Assembly (NCBI GenBank): GCA_017694595.1
Contig: JADIMT010000069.1
Coordinates: 8,713 to 72,712, forward strand
Length of the DNA: 64,000 nt
DNA from: Candidatus Ornithospirochaeta stercoripullorum
GTDB taxonomy: Bacteria > Spirochaetota > Spirochaetia > Sphaerochaetales > Sphaerochaetaceae
Direction: 5' to 3'
Positions 45,311 to 54,480 of this stretch are shown here, piece after piece; the first letter of the stretch is position 1; each line of letters opens with the position of its first letter. The notes beneath the pieces were generated by a model, which worked only from the letters and a program-made list of their open reading frames with translations, was not told the DNA's origin and made no database searches. Both the position numbers and the translations under genes were made by a program.

Positions 45311-45647
45311 CCACCATAGCTATCGCCATTTCACGTTCATGGCTCAGCGAGAGATGAAGGACAAGACCTGATGCAAGTGCTTCAGCTCTGCCTGTGAGGA
45401 ATAAATATGGCTTTCCGTTCTCATCCTCACGCACTGTGATATCAGAGAGAGAGAAGCCTTTTATTCCCGTCCCCATAGCTTTGGCAAAAGCTTCTTTAGC
45501 TGCAAAGCGTGAAGCAAAATACTCACTTGCTTTCGAAGGGGCGGCTTTTATCTCTTCCTCTGTGAAAAGCCGTGAGAGCAGACGATCGCTCATGTTGTCA
45601 AAACGTTCTGTAGCCGCGATATCAACACCGATGCCACGAATCATCAC
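45291..45647 (-). CDS. acpS: Holo-ACP synthase
   Basis: IRGIGVDI...FAAKEAFAKA...SLSHE. Confidence 0.9.
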   Translation of the reverse strand: MMIRGIGVDIAATERFDNMSDRLLSRLFTEEEIKAAPSKASEYFASRFAAKEAFAKAMGTGIKGFSLSDITVREDENGKPYLFLTGRAEALASGLVLHLSLSHEREMAIAMVVAEDAQ

Positions 45648-46036
45648 TTACCCTCGAAAAGGATTCTCACACTGGATGGACTGGCACTCACTACAAGTCC
45701 ATCGCGTGTGTAGATATCATCACGATACTCAAGCATGACAGGCACTCGCTCTATCCCCGGAGCGGATACAGAAGAGAAATCAGCTTTAGCGGTGATACCT
45801 GATGGATCTACTAAGTAGATGATGCTGTCTGAACCTGTGATAACAACATCAACTGTTTCCGGAACAAGAGAAACCGCATTGAAGTCTTCCGGGAGAATCA
45901 CTTCCAATGGCAATGTGACAACACGGTCATTTACATTCATGAAACGAATGGAGAGAACAATGAAAAGCGCTATGAGAAATGAGAAGATCTTCGGAATCCA
46001 GTTCTGCAACGCTGATGAGAGAACTTTGTTTTTCAT
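45644..46036 (-). CDS. YbbR-like domain protein (short CdaR-type regulator of CdaA)
   Basis: It has an N-terminal TM helix and a single YbbR-like beta domain. It is coupled to cdaA by a 4-nt overlap. Confidence 0.6.
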   Translation of the reverse strand: MKNKVLSSALQNWIPKIFSFLIALFIVLSIRFMNVNDRVVTLPLEVILPEDFNAVSLVPETVDVVITGSDSIIYLVDPSGITAKADFSSVSAPGIERVPVMLEYRDDIYTRDGLVVSASPSSVRILFEGK

Positions 46037-46854
46037 GCGTTTTCGCCCTCCCCTGCTTCCTGCTTCTGTCTTTCCTCCGGGAGCACGTCACGATAGCTGA
46101 GAAGCTTAAGAAGCGTCTTCTTTATCGTCTCTGAGGAAAGATCATAGTAGATGTTCGCATTATATGACAGAGAGATAGCACCTGTTTCTTCCGAGACGAC
46201 CAAGATAACGGCATCCGATTCCTCCGCAAGGCCAAGAGAAGCCCTGTGCCTCGTACCGAATGTAGCTTTGATGTTCCTCTGCTCTGAAAGAGGAAGATAG
46301 CAAGCTGCATATGTGATGCGCCCTCCTTGCACTACGCATGCACCATCATGCAATGGAGTGTCGTGATCGAAGATGGTCAGAATCAGAGTGGATGAGAGAT
46401 CTGCATTCAGCTTCGTACCTGAATCGAGTATTGATTGGATATCAGTATGTCTGGGGAAGACAATCAAAGCACCTCTCTTCTTCTCTACCAGAATATTGCA
46501 GGCGTTGAGAATGGAATCAATCTGATCTCCTGTCGTCTGCTGGCCTCTGAACAGTCTCGATTTTCGCGAGAACGAAGATGAGAAAGCTCTTCTCAGCTCC
46601 GGATGGTAGAAAACGCACAGCAGCATCATGAACGGTACAGCCACGATATTCATTATCGATGTGAGCGCATCAAGCTTAAGCGCACTGCACAGAAGATAGA
46701 TAACGACAAGCGCAAAAAGCATGCCGAGAACTTCAGTAGCTTTCGTATCGGAGATTGCTAGATAGAATCTGTAGATGACAAACGTAAGAACAGCTATTTC
46801 AACCAGTATTCTCAGATAATCTATAATGCTCAGCGTGGCAAAGACCTCAAACAA
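46033..46854 (-). CDS. cdaA: Diadenylate cyclase (c-di-AMP synthase), membrane-anchored
   Basis: Three N-terminal TM helices precede the DAC domain (DGACVV, GTRHRASLGLAEESDAVILVVSEETG). I propose the TTG at 46854 as the start. It lies 7 nt after an AAGGAG that sits in the last codons of glpK. Confidence 0.8.
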   Translation of the reverse strand: MFEVFATLSIIDYLRILVEIAVLTFVIYRFYLAISDTKATEVLGMLFALVVIYLLCSALKLDALTSIMNIVAVPFMMLLCVFYHPELRRAFSSSFSRKSRLFRGQQTTGDQIDSILNACNILVEKKRGALIVFPRHTDIQSILDSGTKLNADLSSTLILTIFDHDTPLHDGACVVQGGRITYAACYLPLSEQRNIKATFGTRHRASLGLAEESDAVILVVSEETGAISLSYNANIYYDLSSETIKKTLLKLLSYRDVLPEERQKQEAGEGENA

Positions 46855-46855
46855 C

Positions 46856-48367
46856 TCAACACTCCTTATCAGACGGCATCCAGCCAAGGGTGCATCTGAC
46901 AGCCTTCTGCCAGAATCCTACCTTTTTTTCGCGTTCCTTGTCATCCATTACAGGAAGCCATCGCATCTGTTCCTTCCAATAACTTGACAGCATCTTGAGG
47001 CTATCCCACACGCCGATTGTCAAACCGGCCGCATAACAAGCACCTAACGATGTCGTCTCCACAATCTGTGGCCGGATCACAGGGACACGGAGGATATCAG
47101 CCTGAAACGCCATCAAGGGGATGGAATTAGTCATCCCTCCATCGACTTTAAGCGCGCTGATGGAAATACCGCTGTCCTCTTCCATGACGGAGAATATATC
47201 ATTAGCCTGGAATGCTGTTGCCTCCAATACCGCTCTGCAGATATGTGCACGTGTCGCATAACCTGTCAATCCTGCAATGACTCCACGCGCCTCGCTACGC
47301 CAGTATGGAGCGAAAAGACCAGAGAACGCTGGTACTATATATACCCCACCATTGTCAGGGACGGACGCTGCCAATGCATCAAGCTCTTTAGGGGAAGAGA
47401 CCATCTTCAGCTGATCCCTTGTCCACTGCACCAGTGAACCTGCAACAGCTATTGAACCTTCAAACGCATAGCACATCTTTCCTTCCCCGATTCTATACGC
47501 AACTGTCGTAAGAAGCCCATGGGTAGAGAAGCATATCTCTTCTCCGATGTTGCTAAGCATGAAACAGCCAGTACCATATGTGCATTTGGATTCACCTTTT
47601 GAGAAACAAGCCTGGCCGAAAAGTGCAGCCTGCTGATCGCCAAGTATACCAGCAACAGGAATGGAGGCATGCAAAGGTCCATCCTCGCTTGTCATGCCGT
47701 AGACAACGCCAGATGAGGAGACAATCGTTGGCAGCCATTCTTTTCTGATACCTGTGATAGCGAGCATCTCATCATCCCATTCTCCCCTTTTTATATCCAT
47801 CAGCATATAACGCGAAGCATTTGTCACATCAGTAACTAGCGCATGAGATGCTGTAAGGCGAGCGACAAGATATGAGTCGATAGTACCAAAGACAATCTCA
47901 CCCCGCTTTGCAGCCTCCCTTACCCTTGGGACATTATCAAGAAGCCATCGGATTTTGCTAGCAGAGAAGTAAGGAGAGTATAAAAGTCCAGTCTTCTCCC
48001 GAAGCTTCTCTTCTGGAAGTTCTCCCGAAAGCCTCGTTATATACTCCTCACCTCTCAGATCCTGCCATACAATAGCATTGTAGACAGGCTGCCCTGTCTT
48101 CTTAGAAAAAGGCACTACAGTCTCACGTTGGTTCGTGATGCCGATCGCACTGATGGATGAGCCGTCAAGTCCAGCACTCTCCAGCGCTGCTTTGATGACA
48201 GCACAAGTATTATTCCATATCTCTTCAGCATCATGCTCAACCCAGCCTGGACGCGGGAAAATCTGCCTATGTTCCATCTGCGCGGAGGATACTATATTGC
48301 CTTCGCTGTCGAATATCATGAAACGGGTACTAGTAGTACCCTGATCTATTGCTCCGATATACTCCAT
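46856..48367 (-). CDS. glpK: Glycerol kinase
   Basis: YIGAIDQGTTSTRF...WVEHD...ITNQRET is a canonical GlpK. The start is at the ATG at 48367. Confidence 0.95.
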   Translation of the reverse strand: MEYIGAIDQGTTSTRFMIFDSEGNIVSSAQMEHRQIFPRPGWVEHDAEEIWNNTCAVIKAALESAGLDGSSISAIGITNQRETVVPFSKKTGQPVYNAIVWQDLRGEEYITRLSGELPEEKLREKTGLLYSPYFSASKIRWLLDNVPRVREAAKRGEIVFGTIDSYLVARLTASHALVTDVTNASRYMLMDIKRGEWDDEMLAITGIRKEWLPTIVSSSGVVYGMTSEDGPLHASIPVAGILGDQQAALFGQACFSKGESKCTYGTGCFMLSNIGEEICFSTHGLLTTVAYRIGEGKMCYAFEGSIAVAGSLVQWTRDQLKMVSSPKELDALAASVPDNGGVYIVPAFSGLFAPYWRSEARGVIAGLTGYATRAHICRAVLEATAFQANDIFSVMEEDSGISISALKVDGGMTNSIPLMAFQADILRVPVIRPQIVETTSLGACYAAGLTIGVWDSLKMLSSYWKEQMRWLPVMDDKEREKKVGFWQKAVRCTLGWMPSDKEC

Positions 48368-48411
48368 ATCAGAAGTATACCACACTCTTCTTCACAACCC
48401 AAAAGATAGCT

Positions 48412-51279
48412 CTATTGAGGTAAACTCTCTGTCTGCCAATCGTAAGAAGAAGCTTCCAGAGCTTTCCTGTCTCCGATGAAAGCTACATGCCATTCGTTCT
48501 TGTCGAGCGCATCTTTCAGCTTCCTTCCACCCTCTTCAACATCTGGAATAGAGAGCGAGAGAATCTCCTTGCGAATCCGTTCTCTATCACTATCGCTGAT
48601 ACGGTAGAGCATGCGGCGGATATCAACAAGGGAACGGACAGCTGGAGCCATTGGCTTTAAATCGCGAGCTAAAACACCGATAACAGCATCCTCAAGCCTT
48701 TCAGCTGTTATTCCAGCATCGGAAGATGCATCAAGAAAGTCCCTGATAGTCTCATCAAGACGTGGATCCCTGTACGAATAGAATATGAAATTCCTCTCGC
48801 AGTTATCGAGATAAGCACCAGCTCCATACGCTCCGCCTTTCTCTCTTATCGCGCTCCAGATTGCTGTCTGGGAGATAATGGACAGGAAGATTCTCTCTTT
48901 TGAAGACAGGGAATCTGCAAAGCCAGGCGCTCTTCCGGAAAGCGCTGTAAAAGAGACTGAAGAAGAGAGAGTACGGGCCTGGAAACGACTTAATTGCGGC
49001 ACAGCATGCACAGCCTTTCCTACTCCACCACCAGAAGCGAAACGGCTTTTGAAGGATGCAGCCACGCTGATGGAATTCTCCATCAAGTCGCTATCTGCAG
49101 TGACGTGAATCATCATTCTCTCCCTGCAGAGCATCTTATCTCTTACAGCTATAAGCTCGCTGCCAATGGTCTTCAAGCTATCATTAAGCATCCGGGAGAT
49201 TGTATACCAGCATGTCACGCCTGATAGCCTCTCTCCAATGTACAACGATGGTGATAGCGCAGATGCAGCCAAAGCAGATGCATATGTATGACCATTCTGT
49301 ACGATTGAACTAGCGAAGTCCGTTGAGATATCAACAAGAGCTGCTTTTATTCTTGCCTCATCATCAAGCACACCTTCAAAGAGCAGCTTCATGAACAAGT
49401 TCAACCCTTCCCATTGCAAATCAGGAAGCGATTTAAGACGGCAGACAAAGAAGACTTTCTCCTTTCCATCGGATGTGGATCCGGATTCGACATAGAAAGC
49501 ATATCCACCAGAGACAAAGCGCAGCTCAGTAGAGAAATCTGAATAGCTCATTTCAGGCAGATTGCACATGGAATAAAGTCTGGAAAGCACATTCGCTGCA
49601 TCAAGCTCCCTATAGCTGAAATCTGAAATATCGAAGACCAGATCAGTATAGACTATCCCTCCAGATGCCATTGGAGCCGCAACAACTCCATCGACATAAG
49701 TATGGGAGATCCTGTCGAAAGAATAAGGCAGATCAGTTCTTGCAAGACGTGGTATTTGAGCAATTGCCTCCTGCGAGTCAGGTGTAGTCTGAAAACGATT
49801 GAAAGAGAGTTCCTTCTCCGCTGAATACTCTCCTTTTCTTTCTTCAAGTACCTTCGCAATGGCTTCCTCTATCACATTACCCTCTTCACTGTCCTTGCGT
49901 ACCACAGTCAGAAGACGATGAGGATTGCTGACAAGGTTCTCCATGATCCAATCCTCAAAGAAGCGTGGATTATCCCTCCATGCGCTTCTGATTGATCCAA
50001 TGATAGACGAAGGAGCTAAAAAGAGCGCTGGATCAATACCGAAAGTGAGGCCCTTCTCCGCCTGGAAGAAAAGTCTCATTCCCTGTGGAATTCCACCTGG
50101 GATCTCTTTGAGAGAAAACTCCATACGCCTTATAGCGGCCTCAATAGCTTTTCTGTCCAATCCACGTCTGGCAATCTCTTCAAGAGTGGATAGAATGAAG
50201 CTCTCAATCTTCTTCGCATCGTCCGGATCAGAGCCAGAAAAACCTGCAGAGAAGACCAGCTCACGATAACTCGAACTCATGCCACTTTCAGTGGAAAGGT
50301 CCTTGCCTAAATCAGATTCAGCTATTGCTTTGTACAGAGGACAGCCAGGAGAGCCAAGGAGGATATCGACAATGAGAGAGAGCAATGTGCTTTCACCAGG
50401 CTTGGCGTTATCGCCAAGGAGCCAGGACAGCATGACAGAAGCACCAGCATCTCCCTCTTCAGCGGAAGAGACTGCCTCATAACTTCGAGGCTCGCTCCAT
50501 CGTTCAGCAAGTCCAATCCGTTCAACTTTCGCTCCAGCTTCCCTCTTTGACAGATACTCATCATCGAGTAGCTTCAGGAGTGGTTCTATCTCCATGTTTC
50601 CATATAAAAAGAGGGAGAGATTCGCAGGAACATAGTGTTTCTTGTAGAATGCCAGATATTCTTCATATGTAAGCTTGCAGATTTCCCGGGCATCTCCGCC
50701 AGATTCAAAACGATATGGAGAAACACCAAACAGAGGCTTTGTAGAAGCGGAAGAGAGCACATATTCATGTTCAGCCATCTCTCCGAGCATCTCAGAAAAG
50801 ACAACGCCTTCAAAATGCAAACCACCGGAAGAGGAGATTCTTATGCCTTCCTGCATGAATGTCTCCTCCCTCAGAAGCGGAGAGAAAACCGCATCTGAAT
50901 ACACTGAGAAAAGATTCCTGAAATCCTTCTCCACAGTTGAAGCACCCGGGAAATATGTTCTATCGACACCAGTCAAAGCATTGAGGAATGTATTGCAGCT
51001 ATTGCGCACAAGAATCATGAAAGGATCTTTCACGGGATACTTCCTGCTTCCCGACAACACTGTATGCTCGATAATATGCGGTATTCCCTTGCTATTCTCG
51101 GACGGTGTATAGGCTGTATAGGAAAAGAACTTCTCATTATCATATGAATCCACGTAAAAAACTGGAAAACATGTCCTCTCGTGTTCCAAGAGAATCCCTT
51201 CTGCCCTGTAATCCTGAAGCGATGAGATTTTTCTGACAACAAAACCGGCAATACGGTCACCTACTCTGAATTCGTGCAT
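48412..51279 (-). CDS. M16C-family (PreP/insulinase-like) zinc metallopeptidase
   Basis: The inverted zinc motif is HIIEHTVLSGS (HxxEH). At 955 aa it has a four-domain layout. Confidence 0.85.
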   Translation of the reverse strand: MHEFRVGDRIAGFVVRKISSLQDYRAEGILLEHERTCFPVFYVDSYDNEKFFSYTAYTPSENSKGIPHIIEHTVLSGSRKYPVKDPFMILVRNSCNTFLNALTGVDRTYFPGASTVEKDFRNLFSVYSDAVFSPLLREETFMQEGIRISSSGGLHFEGVVFSEMLGEMAEHEYVLSSASTKPLFGVSPYRFESGGDAREICKLTYEEYLAFYKKHYVPANLSLFLYGNMEIEPLLKLLDDEYLSKREAGAKVERIGLAERWSEPRSYEAVSSAEEGDAGASVMLSWLLGDNAKPGESTLLSLIVDILLGSPGCPLYKAIAESDLGKDLSTESGMSSSYRELVFSAGFSGSDPDDAKKIESFILSTLEEIARRGLDRKAIEAAIRRMEFSLKEIPGGIPQGMRLFFQAEKGLTFGIDPALFLAPSSIIGSIRSAWRDNPRFFEDWIMENLVSNPHRLLTVVRKDSEEGNVIEEAIAKVLEERKGEYSAEKELSFNRFQTTPDSQEAIAQIPRLARTDLPYSFDRISHTYVDGVVAAPMASGGIVYTDLVFDISDFSYRELDAANVLSRLYSMCNLPEMSYSDFSTELRFVSGGYAFYVESGSTSDGKEKVFFVCRLKSLPDLQWEGLNLFMKLLFEGVLDDEARIKAALVDISTDFASSIVQNGHTYASALAASALSPSLYIGERLSGVTCWYTISRMLNDSLKTIGSELIAVRDKMLCRERMMIHVTADSDLMENSISVAASFKSRFASGGGVGKAVHAVPQLSRFQARTLSSSVSFTALSGRAPGFADSLSSKERIFLSIISQTAIWSAIREKGGAYGAGAYLDNCERNFIFYSYRDPRLDETIRDFLDASSDAGITAERLEDAVIGVLARDLKPMAPAVRSLVDIRRMLYRISDSDRERIRKEILSLSIPDVEEGGRKLKDALDKNEWHVAFIGDRKALEASSYDWQTESLPQ

Positions 51280-51317
51280 GAGAAGAAGATAAACGAGAGA
51301 GCAACGTTTCTCAAGAG

Positions 51318-51346
51318 TTGACAGGCGTCTTCCTTAGCCCTAACCT
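51318..51346 (+). promoter_or_regulatory. Sigma70-like promoter of nfo (TTGACA-17-TAACCT)
   Basis: It has a consensus -35 and a 17-nt spacer. The -10 ends 6 nt before the nfo ATG, and there is no SD. Confidence 0.4.
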
Positions 51347-51352
51347 CACATC

Positions 51353-52180
51353 ATGCGTTTTATAGGACCACATGTATCAATCAAAGAGAATATTGCGCTC
51401 TCTGTAGAGAGGGCTTATGGATTAGGCGCAACAGGATTTGCCATCTTCACAAAAAACCAGAGAATATGGAGCGCTCCAGAACTGAAAGAAGCAGATGCGA
51501 GAGCATTCAAGGAAAACATGGCAAGGTACGGCTTCAATCCATCATCCGTGCTTCCGCACGCGGGCTATCTGATTAATCCAGCGACGCCGGATCCAGAGCT
51601 GAGGGAGAAATCATTAGCCCTATTCACAGATGAAGCTCAACGTACTGCCGCACTGGGGCTTTCAGTCATCAACATACATCCAGGTGCATATAAAGAAGGA
51701 GATCCCGATGATGGCCTGAAACGCGCAAGCTCGATGATCGATGAAGTGTTACGCCGCGTTCCATCGATAAGAATCGCAATCGAGAACACAGCAGGAGCTG
51801 GTACAATAACGGGATCGACATTCGAGGAACTAGACAAGCTTCTGACATTCGCATCGGAAAAAGACAGAATCGGTTTCACTCTCGACACAGCGCATCTCTT
51901 CGGTTCAGGCTATGACGTCAGGAACGAAGCTGGAAAGATACTGGACAGCTTTGTCTCACGCTTCGGCAAGGACAAACTCTTCGGTATGCATCTCAACGAT
52001 TCGAAAGTACCACTAGCCTCACACAAAGACAGGCATGAAAGCATAGGGCTTGGCCTGATTGGAAAGGATGCCTTCATGACAATCATCCATCATAGCGCGA
52101 CTGATAACATCCCCCTCATACTTGAGACACCTGATGAATCCAGATGGAAGGATGAAGTGAAGATGCTCCTAGAGCTCTGA
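51353..52180 (+). CDS. nfo: Endonuclease IV
   Basis: IGPHVS...LPHAGYLINPA...INIHPG...IENTAG...DTAHLF...HLNDS. The metal-ligand pattern is that of the Nfo TIM barrel. Confidence 0.9.
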   Translation: MRFIGPHVSIKENIALSVERAYGLGATGFAIFTKNQRIWSAPELKEADARAFKENMARYGFNPSSVLPHAGYLINPATPDPELREKSLALFTDEAQRTAALGLSVINIHPGAYKEGDPDDGLKRASSMIDEVLRRVPSIRIAIENTAGAGTITGSTFEELDKLLTFASEKDRIGFTLDTAHLFGSGYDVRNEAGKILDSFVSRFGKDKLFGMHLNDSKVPLASHKDRHESIGLGLIGKDAFMTIIHHSATDNIPLILETPDESRWKDEVKMLLEL

Positions 52181-53527
52181 AAGGAACATTCCTGCAGCGG
52201 CCTCTCCACAGCGGGAGAAAGCTGCAGCGGTAGCTTCTTCGTTATCGCTTCCATCCCCAGCGACAGATAATTCCCTGACGATATATGGCTCAGTGCTTCC
52301 AGCTTTGCAGAACACGAACCTTCCGTCAGCTCTGGCAAATACCTTCCCAGCTCCGTTCTCATAGCCAGCTATGCCGACACGCAGCAATACGTAATCATCC
52401 ATTCCAGGATATGTACGTTGAAGATATCTGAGCGCATCTTCTTCCTCCTCGCCAGAAGCGCTGAAGATCAGATAATCACCAGCTCGGGAGTTCTCGATAT
52501 ATGAAGAGAAGGCCTCAAGCGCTTCATTTCCACTCATCTGAACGCCATTCTCTCCATACTCAGCCACTCCGATAACAGTGCGTTCTGAGCGAAGAGCAAC
52601 ATCATCACTATAAGAGCACTCGACTGCAGAAGACCCCATAATCTGCTTAAAGCCATCGAGAAATCCTTCAGGGACTTTCGCCTCAATCTCCTCAAGCAGT
52701 GCAGAAGGCACAGAGGCTGAGAATATGATCACCCCTCTTCTGAGCATATATGGATTAGTTCTGAAGAAATGAGCATACCCCCTGCTGTCAGTCATCAGAT
52801 CAAACGATGTCGTCACACGCTCACCGTCTCCATTGAGCATTTGGTACTGAGCATTCACAAGTGCGCTGACTACAGGAGGATGGAAAATCCCTTTCGCCCT
52901 CGAAAGCTGCACAGTGATGTCTGTACCATCAACGGAGCTGACTGCAATTTCCAGATTCGACAGATACTCTTCAGCCATCGCCAATATCTTCTCTGGTGTA
53001 TATTCATCATCCATTACAGGCCCATCGAGAGAGACAGAGAGCGCGGAAAGCACATCTGTAATCGTCTCTGTGTCCCTGTTCGCCCTGTAACTATCCATCG
53101 CTGAAGAGAGAAGCGATTCTATCTTCTGCGTTCTCTCGATTGCAGCAGTGTACTCTTCACTGATACTGCTCTGATAGCGATCCTGAGGAATCTGGAGCAT
53201 AGCGAACCATATGACTCCGCCAGTAGCTGGCGATGTGTAAGTGTTGACTATCGCAGCATCGAGCTCTGGAATGGAGTCCAATGACAACAGCGTCCTATAA
53301 TAAAGCGATACAGCATCATAGCCCAGGCCTTCACCAAGCTGTGTGAGGATGTCACGATAGGCAGAAGCACGGGCACTAGCGTTATCTGCACCGGTACCTG
53401 AACCGACAAAGACGACATAACCTGCAGGATGAGGTGTCTCACGCGTCCATGATGGACCTTCCGTTGAGGTGAACGTGCTGCATGAAAACAGCATAGCTAT
53501 CATCAAGATAACGGCAAGCTTCCTCAA
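52169..53527 (-). CDS. Predicted lipoprotein with LPP20-like modules at both ends
   Basis: It uses a TTG start overlapping the upstream stop (TTGA). The lipobox is MLFSC. The N-terminal module is YVVFVGSGTGADNASARASAYRDILTQL. The C-terminal module is VAGDGSDNEEATAAAFSRCGEAAAGMF. Confidence 0.55.
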   Translation of the reverse strand: MRKLAVILMIAMLFSCSTFTSTEGPSWTRETPHPAGYVVFVGSGTGADNASARASAYRDILTQLGEGLGYDAVSLYYRTLLSLDSIPELDAAIVNTYTSPATGGVIWFAMLQIPQDRYQSSISEEYTAAIERTQKIESLLSSAMDSYRANRDTETITDVLSALSVSLDGPVMDDEYTPEKILAMAEEYLSNLEIAVSSVDGTDITVQLSRAKGIFHPPVVSALVNAQYQMLNGDGERVTTSFDLMTDSRGYAHFFRTNPYMLRRGVIIFSASVPSALLEEIEAKVPEGFLDGFKQIMGSSAVECSYSDDVALRSERTVIGVAEYGENGVQMSGNEALEAFSSYIENSRAGDYLIFSASGEEEEDALRYLQRTYPGMDDYVLLRVGIAGYENGAGKVFARADGRFVFCKAGSTEPYIVRELSVAGDGSDNEEATAAAFSRCGEAAAGMFLSEL

Positions 53528-54480
53528 AAGTCACCTCCAAGCGAAACAAGCAACATATGCTCACCCATCATATTCTGATACCCCGCTCTCCAGAAAAACT
53601 CCGGTGTTGCCCTGTGTTCATAGAAAATGGAGAAAACCGCGCCCCAGTCAAAACCATTTTGTGACCCGCCCAAGAGAACTGAAGCATTTGCGCCTATGCG
53701 TCCTTCTTCAATCAGTGTGAACCTTACACGCGGGAAGATTCTCCAGAAATCGACATAAGCTTCAAGGCCGAGGCCTCCATAAGCATAACTCACGCCATCC
53801 GCGTACCTATATGCAACACTCACGATAGGAATGAAAGGATATATCAAATCTGTGCGTCCCAAAGAGACTATCGCTGTTATTTCAGGGGATGGGAAGTTGA
53901 ACCCCATCGCAACACTTCCTGAAAGTTTCCATGCATTCTCTTTTGCAAGAGTCATCCCTGGATATGGCGAATCAAGGAAAACAGGTTCCAATAGCGTTGC
54001 CGATGGAAATACTTCATCGACTTCAAAGATTGCCCTCGTGTTTCCCAAGCTGTCAGTGGCACGCAGCCTCGTTCCGCGTCTATACTCCAAAGCCTCATCT
54101 ACAGAATAGGAAGATGGAAGCGCATAATCTAAAATCAGGTCGCTATCACTATAAAGCGATGACTCATAGAAAAGCAGGTTATGGATCTCCCCCTCAAGCG
54201 ATTCGAGAAGCTCATTTCTTCCATCCCCGCTGAACTCCAGAAGGACTTGCTTTTCAGAGTATGTGAGCATTAAAGATGAGAGAATCAGAGCATCATCAAC
54301 CTTTTCCGAATAGGATGAAGCTTCAAGCACTATGTCTTTCCTGCCCCAGGTCTCCCTGCCAAGCGCAGAAGCCAGTGATGAAAGAACATCAGCAGGAAGA
54401 GAACCATCTGAAATGATATGAGAAGCATTGAGAGGCAGAAGCAATAGGAGAACAGAGAGGAAGAAGAGCAGTTTTCTCAT
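53524..54480 (-). CDS. Secreted protein with a C-terminal beta-barrel-like region ending in Phe
   Basis: The ATG at 54480 overlaps the pepT stop (ATGA). The signal peptide is MRKLLFFLSVLLLLLPLNAS. The last ~140 aa are alternating Gly/aromatic strands ending LVSLGGDF. Confidence 0.5.
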   Translation of the reverse strand: MRKLLFFLSVLLLLLPLNASHIISDGSLPADVLSSLASALGRETWGRKDIVLEASSYSEKVDDALILSSLMLTYSEKQVLLEFSGDGRNELLESLEGEIHNLLFYESSLYSDSDLILDYALPSSYSVDEALEYRRGTRLRATDSLGNTRAIFEVDEVFPSATLLEPVFLDSPYPGMTLAKENAWKLSGSVAMGFNFPSPEITAIVSLGRTDLIYPFIPIVSVAYRYADGVSYAYGGLGLEAYVDFWRIFPRVRFTLIEEGRIGANASVLLGGSQNGFDWGAVFSIFYEHRATPEFFWRAGYQNMMGEHMLLVSLGGDF

